The notes under the pieces: generated by a model
Told to the model about the DNA's origin: nothing
The model's database searches: none
The model's input: only the letters and a program-made list of their open reading frames with translations
Source: Patescibacteria group bacterium
GTDB lineage: Bacteria; Patescibacteriota; Microgenomatia; Levybacterales; UBA12049
NCBI GenBank assembly: GCA_023484045.1
Contig: JAMDAA010000022.1
Location: 4,201 to 68,200, forward strand
Reading direction: 5' to 3'
DNA: 64,000 nucleotides
Translations under genes and position numbers: made by a program
In this document: one piece after another, positions 30,514-39,998 of the stretch
Layout of the letters: each line of letters opens with the position of its first letter
How positions within the stretch are numbered: position 1 is the stretch's first letter

Positions 30514-31125
30514 TTAGCGATTTACTTTTTTGCAGTAGTCGGTTTCTATTTTAGTTTGCTCCGCGAGTATCTTTTCTTTGCCGGGCATTTTATCGTTTCC
30601 GAAGAAGTGAGTAATAATATCATCGGTAATTAACTCTTTCGGAACAACACAATCAACCTCGCTTATCAACGGTGCACCATTTTGGTCGACAACTTTACTT
30701 GAGTAGTGACATTTCCCATTTTCTAGACCAAATACGGTAATTATGTAAGTACTATTGCCACCGCCACCAAACGGCATCGTAAGCTTGCTCGCCTTACACT
30801 GCAGAAAATTTGAGGCAAGGCATTGTGGATCGCTGCAGCTAACGGGGCCAGTCGGCTTTAGACTTGCGGTCGGAGATGAAATCGGAGTTGATGTAGGGAC
30901 GCGTGAAGTAGGCATCAGTGTTGGAGTAGCCGTCACAACGGGACTTGTTGCTTTTCCTTTAAATAATAAAAAGTAGCTGATTATTCCGGCGACGACTAAA
31001 AGTAGAAAAATAAATAAAACAAGACCAGCTGGATTACGTTTATTAGTAGGACTAGAGTTTCCCGATACTACTACAGTAGGTTGAATATCTTGTGTATTTT
31101 GCTGGAGCGTGTTTTCATCGCTCAT
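30514..31125 (-). CDS. membrane-anchored secreted protein with Pro/Thr/Ser-rich linker
   Basis: 203 aa. One TM, a PTS-rich linker, and a Cys-containing C-terminal domain. Confidence 0.35.
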   Translation of the reverse strand: MSDENTLQQNTQDIQPTVVVSGNSSPTNKRNPAGLVLFIFLLLVVAGIISYFLLFKGKATSPVVTATPTLMPTSRVPTSTPISSPTASLKPTGPVSCSDPQCLASNFLQCKASKLTMPFGGGGNSTYIITVFGLENGKCHYSSKVVDQNGAPLISEVDCVVPKELITDDIITHFFGNDKMPGKEKILAEQTKIETDYCKKVNR

Positions 31126-31170
31126 ATTATGAGTATTTCACTATTAAATGTGAGATGTCAAGAAGCTCAC

Positions 31171-32175
31171 TTATTTCTGACTCGGGGTTTTGAGTTCGGA
31201 AAAGATTATAAAAAGGACCGATAGAAAAGGAACGGACAGAAGTGCACCCAATATTCCCATTAATTTTGTTCCGATTACAACTCCGATTATTATAATAATC
31301 GGGTTTAAGCCTACTACCTGATGCATAATTCTCGGCACTAAAACATTATTTTCCAATTGGTGGATAACAAGATACGCGATTATCACAAATATCGCAAGGT
31401 TCGGAGAAATCGTAAGCGCCAAAAGAACTGCCGGAATCGCGGAAATTATCGGTCCGATGGTTGGAATTATCTCTAAAAGTCCGGCGAGCATTGCGAGCGG
31501 CAACGCGTATTCAATTTTTAAAATTATAAGCGCGATATATGTTAAGATCCCGATCGAAAGCGACAAAAGAATTTGACCCCGCATCCACGCACCGAGTTTT
31601 TGATCGATCTGAGAAATAATCGAAGCTACTCTTTTTTGGGAGTGCTCTGAAAAAAGTTTTGCGATATTCTCCTGAATCTTTTCATAATCGAGTAATAAAT
31701 AAAAACTCACGACGATTACCGTGATCATGGAAAATATGCTCCCGAACACGGTTCCGGTTACGTCGATAACGTTTTTTCCGATATTACCGAAGCTGTTCAT
31801 ATCGGGCGATATAAATGTCCCGACTTGGGATAAATCGAGCTTTAATCCGAAGAAGTCGACTGTCTTATTCAGGTAATCAGGAAGATTCGAAAAGAAAAGC
31901 TGAATCTGGGAGACTAAAAAAGGAATAAGCGGAACAATAAATAAAAACAAAAGCGCGAGAAAGATAAGATAAGCAAGTACAACCGATATGGCTTTAGGTA
32001 TTTTTAGCTTTCTGATAAGCGCCGACAGCGGGAAAATACTGACCGCGATTATATAAGCAATAAAAAGATCGACCAATATATTTCGGATCGAAAACACAAA
32101 CCATCCGAGCGCGATCAGAAAAACCGCAAATATAACCTGACTTTTCATTAAATATCTAAAAAATCCGCTGAGCAT
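31171..32175 (-). CDS. putative AI-2E (PerM/UPF0118) family transporter
   Basis: About 335 aa from an internal Met; the longer ORF overlaps rnhB. Seven to eight TM helices with a central hydrophilic loop. Confidence 0.5.
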   Translation of the reverse strand: MLSGFFRYLMKSQVIFAVFLIALGWFVFSIRNILVDLFIAYIIAVSIFPLSALIRKLKIPKAISVVLAYLIFLALLFLFIVPLIPFLVSQIQLFFSNLPDYLNKTVDFFGLKLDLSQVGTFISPDMNSFGNIGKNVIDVTGTVFGSIFSMITVIVVSFYLLLDYEKIQENIAKLFSEHSQKRVASIISQIDQKLGAWMRGQILLSLSIGILTYIALIILKIEYALPLAMLAGLLEIIPTIGPIISAIPAVLLALTISPNLAIFVIIAYLVIHQLENNVLVPRIMHQVVGLNPIIIIIGVVIGTKLMGILGALLSVPFLSVLFIIFSELKTPSQK

Positions 32176-32206
32176 GGTTATATTATAACGAATCGGCCAG
32201 TAAACA

Positions 32207-33001
32207 TCAAAAAGTAAATCTCGTAAGATTAAAGGATTTTCGGTGGATTTTAGACAAGCCGTATTTTTTAATCGCATTTTGGTGTTCTTTTGTCCCGTAA
32301 CCCTTGTTTTTTGAGAAATGATAATTCGGATATTTTTTATGGAGTAGCTTCATCAAGGAATCGCGGTGAACCTTTGCGATTATCGAAGACGCGGCGATCG
32401 AGACACATTTTTGGTCTCCTTTTATAATCGCTTTTTGATTTTTGAGTCCGATCTCTTTAATATATTTAATGTGAAAACCGTCGACCAAAACAAAACAATT
32501 TTGTTTTGGAATTTCCAATTTCCAATTTCCAATTTCCAATTCACCAGAAGTTTGTTTTATTTTTTTATTTCTTGATATTTGAAAGATGATACTTTTAACT
32601 GCCTTTCTAAATCCGATCGCCGTCGCTTTTCCGATCCCGTATTTGTTGATTATTGATACGGGAGTTGTCGCGATCGAGTAAATAAATTCTTTTTTTATCT
32701 CTTTTGCGAGCACTTTTCTTTTATTCGGCCTTATTTTTTTTGAATCATTTATTTCTGTAAGTAGTATCCTTTTAGCCTCGCAAGGCGTCGCCTTGCAAAA
32801 AGACTCCTTGTCGAGTGCAACCGCACCGACGACGACCGGTCCAGCAAACGCTCCCCTTCCGACTTCATCTAATCCGATTATCAGGTTGTAGCCTTTTTTA
32901 AAAGCGTTTTTTTCTTCGTTTAGATTGGGGTATTTCACGTCCAAATTATAGCATTTACAATACAATTTTAAATTGACATCGGGATTTTTATTTGTTAGCA
33001 T
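32207..33001 (-). CDS. rnhB: ribonuclease HII
   Basis: GLDEVGRGAFAGPVVVGAV catalytic motif, and the SASIIAK..RD region. Contains a 7-bp tandem-repeat insertion. Confidence 0.8.
   Translation of the reverse strand: MLTNKNPDVNLKLYCKCYNLDVKYPNLNEEKNAFKKGYNLIIGLDEVGRGAFAGPVVVGAVALDKESFCKATPCEAKRILLTEINDSKKIRPNKRKVLAKEIKKEFIYSIATTPVSIINKYGIGKATAIGFRKAVKSIIFQISRNKKIKQTSGELEIGNWKLEIPKQNCFVLVDGFHIKYIKEIGLKNQKAIIKGDQKCVSIAASSIIAKVHRDSLMKLLHKKYPNYHFSKNKGYGTKEHQNAIKKYGLSKIHRKSFNLTRFTF
32511..32541. repeat. (AATTTCC) x4 microsatellite inside the rnhB coding sequence
   Basis: aatttccaatttccaatttccaatttccaatt, encoding ELEIGNWKLEI in rnhB. Confidence 0.9.
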
Positions 33002-33432
33002 TTATCCAATGCTGGATAAATGCTAATATGAAATCTTTGATTCGAAACACGATCGTAAATTCGCTTTCCCTTTTGGCCTTGACCCAGCTTTTGGCCGGTG
33101 TAAAAATCGAAGGAGGAACACTAACGTATTTGATCGGCGGCATCGCGCTTTCGTTAATGATCTTTTTACTTAAGCCTTTGTTAAATCTCTTAGCGTTACC
33201 TTTAAATTTTATAACGTTTGGCACGTTTTCTTTTTTTATAAACGTGATTATTCTTTATCTATTGACAGTCGCGATCCCTCAAATTACAATTTCGGCATTT
33301 ACATTTAAGGGTGAATCTTTTATGGGTTTTGTTATCCCAAAAATTTCAGTTAACGCGTTTTTTGCGTACATCATTTCATCGGCTGTTTTATCATTCGTAG
33401 CATCACTCGTAAATTGGCTTATCAAAAAATAA
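32992..33432 (+). CDS. membrane protein of unknown function
   Basis: 146 aa, 4 TM helices. Confidence 0.3.
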   Translation: MLAFIQCWINANMKSLIRNTIVNSLSLLALTQLLAGVKIEGGTLTYLIGGIALSLMIFLLKPLLNLLALPLNFITFGTFSFFINVIILYLLTVAIPQITISAFTFKGESFMGFVIPKISVNAFFAYIISSAVLSFVASLVNWLIKK

Positions 33433-33435
33433 AAT

Positions 33436-34392
33436 ATGAAAACTAACAAAAAGATTGTGTGTCTAGGCGGTGGCATCGGTACAGTAAATTTAATAAAGGG
33501 ACTAAAAGAATATACAGATAATATAACCGTAGTTGTTTCGATGGCCGATGATGGAGGATCGGCCGGGAGACTGCGTAGGTTTTTCGGTGTTCCACCACCC
33601 GGAGATTTAGTAAGCTGTATCGCGGCGATGTCAGAAGCAGACAAAGAAATGAAAAGCCTTTTGACGTATCGATTTAACGGAAATCGGTACGGGTCGGATC
33701 ACACGCTTGCGGGTCACAAACTCGGAAATCTCATTTTGGTCGCGCTGACCTCGATCACAGGAAGTTTTAATAAAGCGGTTTCTGAAATGCAACGGATTTT
33801 TAACGCACAGGGTAAAATTCTCCCGTCGACAGACGAAAATATTTCGATATGGGCTAAAACATCGGTCGGAGAAAAGGTTTACCGCGAAGAGAACATCGAT
33901 CTTGGTAAATTTACGGGAAGGATCGACCGGTTATATCTTAAACCGAGTAGTCCGACGGCACCGAAAGAAGTTATTTCAGCACTTTTGGATGCGGACGCGA
34001 TTATCGCAGGCCCCGGAGATTTATACACAACCATTATGCCGACCCTTTTAGTTCCGAGTATTTTAAGCGCGATTAAGACGTCAAATGTCAAGAAGATTTT
34101 TGTCGTAAACGTAACGAATAAAGTATTCGAAACTCCGGAGTTTCGAATTGATGATTACGTTAACGCGATCATTAAACATTGTAAATCAAGAGTGTTTGAA
34201 TACTTTTTGGTAAACAATAATTTTAAATCCAAAATTCCGGCCAAATATAAATATCAATATGACTATGTCCCGATTAACGGAGTGACAGAAAATCTCAGAG
34301 ATAAAATTATAAAAGAAGACCTTATCGACGAAAATTTTCCCCTCTATCACGATTCAGAAAAGCTTGCCAAGGCGATTGTAAAAAGTATATAA
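33436..34392 (+). CDS. yvcK: YvcK/CofD-like (UPF0052) gluconeogenesis-factor family protein
   Basis: LGGGIGTVNLIKGL, VVSMADDGGSAGRLRR and GPGDLYTTIMP motifs. Confidence 0.8.
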   Translation: MKTNKKIVCLGGGIGTVNLIKGLKEYTDNITVVVSMADDGGSAGRLRRFFGVPPPGDLVSCIAAMSEADKEMKSLLTYRFNGNRYGSDHTLAGHKLGNLILVALTSITGSFNKAVSEMQRIFNAQGKILPSTDENISIWAKTSVGEKVYREENIDLGKFTGRIDRLYLKPSSPTAPKEVISALLDADAIIAGPGDLYTTIMPTLLVPSILSAIKTSNVKKIFVVNVTNKVFETPEFRIDDYVNAIIKHCKSRVFEYFLVNNNFKSKIPAKYKYQYDYVPINGVTENLRDKIIKEDLIDENFPLYHDSEKLAKAIVKSI

Positions 34393-34400
34393 TAAAGCCT

Positions 34401-34613
34401 GTGATACTCACGATATTTCAAATAGTAATCGCGGTTTTGCTTATCGGCGCAATTTTACTACAAATGCAGGGAAGCGGGTTGTCGACGGCGTTTGGAGGAA
34501 GCGGTGAATTTTACAGAAGCAAAAGAAGTGTGGAAAAACTACTCGTTTGGGTTACGATAATTTTGGCAACCCTCTTTGCGGTTTTATCAATTATTCAGCT
34601 TGTTCCTCGATAA
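34401..34613 (+). CDS. secG: preprotein translocase subunit SecG
   Basis: 70 aa. LLIGAILLQMQGSGLSTAFGG is the SecG signature. Confidence 0.7.
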   Translation: MILTIFQIVIAVLLIGAILLQMQGSGLSTAFGGSGEFYRSKRSVEKLLVWVTIILATLFAVLSIIQLVPR

Positions 34614-34622
34614 CGTCGTACT

Positions 34623-35978
34623 ATGGTCGTTATAAGAAAAAGACTTGTTTACTGGCTCGTAAGAGAGTACATCAAGAAATGGGGGAAAAGAATTCTCTTA
34701 TTTTTCTTTTTGGGTCTCGGATTTTTTTTTATTCTTAGTCTAGTTCTTCCGACAATAATCGCAAAAATTCCTGCAGGGCAGAAGGAATCGATCGGAATCG
34801 TCGGATCTTACACAACCGATAATCTTCCCGATACCATTTTAAATGATATTTCAAACGGTTTAACGAAGGTAGAAGATAATGCGACACCTAGGCCAGCGCT
34901 CGCAAAATCGTGGAAGGTTCACGAAAATGGAATGGGCTATATATTCAAATTAAGAGAAGATATTACGTTCTCCGACGGAACAAAATTTACATCGAAAGAC
35001 ATCGACTATAAGTTTAAAGACGTCACTGTTTACAAGCCCGACGATTACACGATCGCGTTTAAATTAAAAGAAGAATACGCTCCTTTTCTAACGACCGTGT
35101 CTGCGCCGATTTTTAAAAAAGGGTATGTTGGCACAGGTGAATATTCGATAAAAGACGTCCAGTTGAACGGAAATTTTATTGAATCTATAACATTAGCGTC
35201 GCGGAAAAACAAGTTTAAAATAAGAAAGTATCAATTTTATCCATCTATGGATGCTATAAAGACAGCGTATTCGCTCGGTGAAGTTTCTAGGATTATCGGA
35301 ATATCGAATCCGTATTTTAAAGACAGGTCACTCGGATTATTTCCAAACACAAACGTAAAGAAAAATGTCGATTATTCAAAATTAATAACAATTTTTTATA
35401 ACACCCAAGACAAGGTTTTGTCGGACAAAAAAATAAGAACAGGTCTTTCCTACGCTGTCTCCGACAAATTTGAGTATGGAGAAAGGGCGTACGGGCCGTA
35501 TCCTCCTGTTTCTTGGGCAAACAGGCCAGAAAACGCAGAACACATCCAAGATTTAGAACACTCAAGATTATTATTGTCCGCGGCGAACGAATCCGGAAAA
35601 GAAAAAATACAGGTCGATATGAAGGTATTCCCGAAATACAAAAAAATCGCCGAGGATATCGCCAAAGCCTGGAAAGAAGTCAATGTGGATACTAAAATCG
35701 AAGAAGTAAACTCTTTTCCACCTGTCTTTCAAGTTTTTTTGGGCGACTTTAATGTACCAGAAGATCCGGATCAATACACCCTTTGGCATTCCGATCAGGC
35801 AAACAATATATCCAATTATAAAAACCTGAGAATAGATAAACTTTTAGAAGACGGAAGAAAAACATTCGATGCAGAGAAGCGTAAAAAGATTTATTCCGAT
35901 TTTCAAAAATATCTGATCGACGATCAACCCGCGACGTTTCTTTACTTTCCTTACGAATATGTGATCCAACGAAAATGA
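34623..35978 (+). CDS. ABC transporter substrate-binding protein, family 5 (peptide/nickel type), membrane-anchored
   Basis: LAKSWKVHENGMGYIFKLREDITFSDGTKFTSKDI matches the SBP_bac_5 N-terminal signature. Confidence 0.6.
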   Translation: MVVIRKRLVYWLVREYIKKWGKRILLFFFLGLGFFFILSLVLPTIIAKIPAGQKESIGIVGSYTTDNLPDTILNDISNGLTKVEDNATPRPALAKSWKVHENGMGYIFKLREDITFSDGTKFTSKDIDYKFKDVTVYKPDDYTIAFKLKEEYAPFLTTVSAPIFKKGYVGTGEYSIKDVQLNGNFIESITLASRKNKFKIRKYQFYPSMDAIKTAYSLGEVSRIIGISNPYFKDRSLGLFPNTNVKKNVDYSKLITIFYNTQDKVLSDKKIRTGLSYAVSDKFEYGERAYGPYPPVSWANRPENAEHIQDLEHSRLLLSAANESGKEKIQVDMKVFPKYKKIAEDIAKAWKEVNVDTKIEEVNSFPPVFQVFLGDFNVPEDPDQYTLWHSDQANNISNYKNLRIDKLLEDGRKTFDAEKRKKIYSDFQKYLIDDQPATFLYFPYEYVIQRK

Positions 35979-36925
35979 GAAAAGATAGTGCGTCTTAGTT
36001 TTTTTAGCGACTTTTCCCGGATCTGTTTCACTCTTTCACCGGTTATTCCAAATTCGTGTCCAATTTCATCGGGCGTAAATTCTCTTCCATAAAATCCAAA
36101 AATCATTTTTATTATCTCTCTATCTCGACCTCTTAAATAAGATAGTAGATCCTCGACGTTGTCTCTTTGTTCATTCTTGGTTACCTCATCAAGAACAACA
36201 TCGCGATCATTATCTGCTCCCGTTAAAATAGCCTCGTTCAAAGCGCTAATTCTATAGTTAATATATTTTTTTATTTCTGCTTCCGGAACTCGAGTTTCCC
36301 ATGCAATCTGTCCGGTGAAATCATCAATATCTTTCTTTGTTAAGCTTTGCGCATCTTTATTAAGTTGATCATCCGATTCATCCACAGCAGTATTGTAAAA
36401 GGGATGTTCCGCAAGATTAAGTGGGCTATTATCTCTACTCGATAAATACGACGCTATCGCGAGTTTGGCAGAAACATATACTTGAATAACAATCGGTGCG
36501 TTAGGATTTAGTTTTCTACTCTTTTCTGTTATTGCTACGACTGCCGACATTACCATCTCGTCGCGTTCTTGAGGATCTTCATCATCAGCTTTATGAAAAT
36601 AATCTACTGCGCTTAAAAACGTCCTGAGATTTAAAAGTAAAAATGATTTGACTCCTTTATCTACGGTGTTTTTGTCTGTGCTCTCGAGTGTTTCCAATGC
36701 GGTTATTCGCGCTTGGGCCGGAATTTTTCCCGGTAAAATTTCGACGACTTTTTTGAACAGATCATAAATCCCGATATTTGGATTATCGTTGTAGGCCTCG
36801 AAAGTTTTATCCCAAATACTGCTCATTTGTTCAACATCTGGTTTACTCAAAACCCTTCTTACTAGGTTTTGAGTGCTCGATTCTTGACCTGTTACTTCTC
36901 CAATGCCTCTTTCTGGACTACTCAT
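35951..36925 (-). CDS. sigma-70 family RNA polymerase sigma factor (divergent N-terminus)
   Basis: C-terminal region 4 (REIIKMIFGFYG...TPDEIGHEFGITGERVKQIREKSLKKLRR). Region 2 not recognisable. Confidence 0.6.
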   Translation of the reverse strand: MSSPERGIGEVTGQESSTQNLVRRVLSKPDVEQMSSIWDKTFEAYNDNPNIGIYDLFKKVVEILPGKIPAQARITALETLESTDKNTVDKGVKSFLLLNLRTFLSAVDYFHKADDEDPQERDEMVMSAVVAITEKSRKLNPNAPIVIQVYVSAKLAIASYLSSRDNSPLNLAEHPFYNTAVDESDDQLNKDAQSLTKKDIDDFTGQIAWETRVPEAEIKKYINYRISALNEAILTGADNDRDVVLDEVTKNEQRDNVEDLLSYLRGRDREIIKMIFGFYGREFTPDEIGHEFGITGERVKQIREKSLKKLRRTIFSHFRWITYS

Positions 36926-36969
36926 TTTAGGATTATATAATACTATAAGTTTTAATTCAAGTAGAATAC

Positions 36970-38241
36970 TTAAATCTGGATCGATTTTGATCGAAGTTTT
37001 CTGTGGTATGTGATTGCAAATCTGTGACTTTCGTCACGAATCCGCATAAGAAGTTTTAGAGCGTTCCCGTTTCGCGCTAAAGTTATTTCGGAAAATTCGG
37101 GTGTTACGATCGTCTCAAGTCTTTTTGCGAGTCCGATAAGCGGAATTTTTTTCTTTACGGTTTCCATCGCTTCTAAAGCCGCCGATACTTGATTTTTTCC
37201 GCCGTCGACGACGATTAAGTCCGGAAATTCCCAGTCATCACGTTTCAATCTCCTGATTAATATTTCTTTCATCATCGCAAAGTCGTTCGGATGACCATCG
37301 ATTCTAATCCGGAATCTACGGTAAGACGAAGTATCCTTTTCGCCAAGGGTGAACACGACCATCGACCCGGTCGAAAATTTTCCAGATATGTTTGACACAT
37401 CAAAACACTCGATTCTGTCGAGTTTTTTAACCGCAAGTTCCATTTTTTGGAGTTCGTTAAAAAGCGAACCGAGCTCGATCTTTCTTAAATCGTAACTTAA
37501 GTTCGGGTTCAATTCATATTCGAAAGGTCTATGGATCGGACTTGTCACAACTTTTACGGCGTCAATCTTTTTTTGAATCGATTTTGCATTTTCATAGTCC
37601 TCATTTTTACTGAATCCATCTCTCTCTTTTTCGAGATTCTTTATAATCTTATTGATATCCCCTTTTAGAAATTGAATAATATATCTAATGTTTTTCTTGT
37701 ACGTTGTTATCTCTCCTGTAACCTCGGGACACGGACAAAGACCCAGGTGATTGTAAAAACATATTTTAGATGAGTGATTAATAACGGACTGAAACGGAAA
37801 TATTCTTCGAATTGTTCTTAAAACAAGTCTCATGGCGCCGGGATTCGGATACGGACCAAAATACAAAGAGTTTCTGTCGTCTTCATTTCTCGACGTGAGA
37901 ATTTTTGGAGCATTATCCTTTATGGTAATCCGTATAAGAGGATATGCCTTTTTGTCGATAAGTTTTACATTATACTCAGGCAGAAACTTTTTAATGTAAT
38001 GTGCTTCAAGCAGTAGCGATTCGAGCTCTGACTGTGTTTTGATAATCCTGATCTTTTCGATCCGCGATATGAGTTGCGCGGTCTTTTGCTCGGTATTTAT
38101 ACCTTTTGTAAAATACGATGAAACCCGGTTTTTAAGGTTTTTCGCCTTCCCCACGTAAATCACTTTCCTTTTTTCGTCCAAAAAAAGATATACGCCTGGT
38201 TCTTGCGGCAATAACAAATATGAAGATGATAAATATTCCAA
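36970..38241 (-). CDS. uvrC: excinuclease ABC subunit C (short form)
   Basis: N-terminal GIY-YIG (GVYLFLDEKRKVIYVGKAKNLKNRVSSYF) and the RNase H-like RDESHRFAITYHR motif. The 5' end overlaps the upstream gene in the ORF track. Confidence 0.8.
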   Translation of the reverse strand: MEYLSSSYLLLPQEPGVYLFLDEKRKVIYVGKAKNLKNRVSSYFTKGINTEQKTAQLISRIEKIRIIKTQSELESLLLEAHYIKKFLPEYNVKLIDKKAYPLIRITIKDNAPKILTSRNEDDRNSLYFGPYPNPGAMRLVLRTIRRIFPFQSVINHSSKICFYNHLGLCPCPEVTGEITTYKKNIRYIIQFLKGDINKIIKNLEKERDGFSKNEDYENAKSIQKKIDAVKVVTSPIHRPFEYELNPNLSYDLRKIELGSLFNELQKMELAVKKLDRIECFDVSNISGKFSTGSMVVFTLGEKDTSSYRRFRIRIDGHPNDFAMMKEILIRRLKRDDWEFPDLIVVDGGKNQVSAALEAMETVKKKIPLIGLAKRLETIVTPEFSEITLARNGNALKLLMRIRDESHRFAITYHRKLRSKSIQI

Positions 38242-39988
38242 TTAGAATACCTCCTAATATTACTAAACTGCTTAAGTACAGCGGAGAAATATTAATACTT
38301 GCAGTAATTTCCCGTCCCTGAGCTGTTATTCTAACTAATGCCTTTCTGTTTGTCAAAAAGGATGTTTTGTCGAACGTTATTTTTTTTGTTTCGTATCCAA
38401 ACGGAGGGATTCGGGAAAATGACAAGATTTGCTTACCCGGCGATAAAAAATCGGACGAGACATTAACGGTTTGAGAATCGAGAAGTTCCTGGCTCGTATT
38501 TTTAATCGTGATCTCGCCTTTTATCGGCAGATTAGACGGTACGGATTTTGGAATATCGGTCGAGATTTCAAAATTTTGGTTATGCGAAGGTTTTATCAGC
38601 GAAAAGTCGACGTTAACGTCTTTTGTGTTTTCTCTTCCCGGCAGTTTATATCCGCCTGCCGGAACCGGATAATTACTGTCCTGTCCTTTAACGATAAAAG
38701 CGACATGGTCAAAATCTAAAACATTAAAATAATCGACTCCCCCGGTCGTGTTTCCCCAAGTCGGGTCGACCATAACCCACGTTTCTAAATTTTTATCATA
38801 ATACTCGGGCCACGCGTGAAGAATGTCTTTTAAAAGAGAGAGAGGTCTCTGTTTTGAGTTTACTGTGTTTGCGTATCCGTCGATTTCGCGGGCCGGAATC
38901 CCTGCCGCCCGGGATAGTGCGACAAAAAGATCTGTGAACTCGAGGCAAACTGCTGATGAAGGATCGGAGAGAGTATTAAGCGCGCCGAGTCTTGATTTAT
39001 TTTGAGTGACTCTTGAAAAATCGTATTTTAAATTATTAATAACGTAGTTGTAGATTGCCTCCGGCGTTTTTAATTTTTCCGCCAACTGTTTTATTTTCGG
39101 GTTTGACGATTGCCAATAGTTTCTTTCCTCAAGGTATAGAGCTACTTCTCTATCCGTAATCTTTTGTTTTTTGGGATACAGGGAAACTTTGACCTTTCCT
39201 TTTACCGTAATATTCATTTTTTGCGTCGGCGCGAGCCTGTATTGCGCGAGCCAATTTCCGTCAGTATCTTCTGTAACGTTAATAGGTTTCGGATTTATAT
39301 CTTCGATAAAAACATCCTGATAATTGGTCGACGGGGGTATCGCGATTTCGGTTTTTACCGGAAAAATGTTTGTGTTGCCGATATAATAGGTAAGATTGAA
39401 ATCGTAAACTTGAAAATCCCCAAACGCGATTGAGATTCCCGATTTTCCGAGCTGTTCCTTGGTAAAATATAATTTGTTGTTTGCTTGGCGGGGTTTTATG
39501 TATGTCGGGTCTCCGAAACTTTGGGGAACGATTACATTAACGTTGAAATCAGAAAAATCGTTTTTGGGAGAAAGTCCCGGAATATTTATTTCCCAAATGC
39601 TACCGAGTTTATACGCGATGTCTTTTGTGTCAAAAGTTAGATTAAAATTTAAAACATTATTTTCTCCGATAACGCGCTTGTTAAACGTAACGTCGATTTT
39701 ATTTCCCTCATCGGTTTTTGTGACAACGGGCAAAATCGGTCCGTTCGGATCGTACGCTTTTATATTTCGGATGTCGCTGAATCCGAGTTCGATCGTATAA
39801 GAGGAAGCGTAAAATTGGGCAGATTTGTTTTTAATCGCGATATTAAAATTAGCATTTGTGTTGCCGTCGTTTGTTACGGTGTACGTTACGTCGTAAGAAG
39901 TGTTAAAATTATCAGCGGAAAAAACGGGTTTTGGAAAAAGAGTAAAAAAAATAAAAAAAGTAAGACAGATACTAAACAGTTTTTTCAT
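38132..39988 (-). CDS. secreted transglutaminase-like domain protein with C-terminal TM anchor
   Basis: N-terminal signal peptide. CLEFTDLFVALSRAAGIPAREIDGY transglutaminase-core motif. C-terminal TM plus basic tail. Confidence 0.55.
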   Translation of the reverse strand: MKKLFSICLTFFIFFTLFPKPVFSADNFNTSYDVTYTVTNDGNTNANFNIAIKNKSAQFYASSYTIELGFSDIRNIKAYDPNGPILPVVTKTDEGNKIDVTFNKRVIGENNVLNFNLTFDTKDIAYKLGSIWEINIPGLSPKNDFSDFNVNVIVPQSFGDPTYIKPRQANNKLYFTKEQLGKSGISIAFGDFQVYDFNLTYYIGNTNIFPVKTEIAIPPSTNYQDVFIEDINPKPINVTEDTDGNWLAQYRLAPTQKMNITVKGKVKVSLYPKKQKITDREVALYLEERNYWQSSNPKIKQLAEKLKTPEAIYNYVINNLKYDFSRVTQNKSRLGALNTLSDPSSAVCLEFTDLFVALSRAAGIPAREIDGYANTVNSKQRPLSLLKDILHAWPEYYDKNLETWVMVDPTWGNTTGGVDYFNVLDFDHVAFIVKGQDSNYPVPAGGYKLPGRENTKDVNVDFSLIKPSHNQNFEISTDIPKSVPSNLPIKGEITIKNTSQELLDSQTVNVSSDFLSPGKQILSFSRIPPFGYETKKITFDKTSFLTNRKALVRITAQGREITASINISPLYLSSLVILGGILIGIFIIFIFVIAARTRRISFFGRKKESDLRGEGEKP

Positions 39989-39998
39989 CCGTATAGAT

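Noticed and set aside
32505-32545. Short tandem repeats considered as a CRISPR array
   Set aside because: The units are 7 bp with no spacers and lie inside rnhB. No CRISPR repeat-spacer architecture or cas genes occur anywhere in the window.
35317-35789. Several short ORFs (35317-35565, 35450-35683, 35513-35695, 35571-35789) inside the substrate-binding-protein gene
   Set aside because: Embedded in or antisense to a well-supported longer gene. No independent signals.
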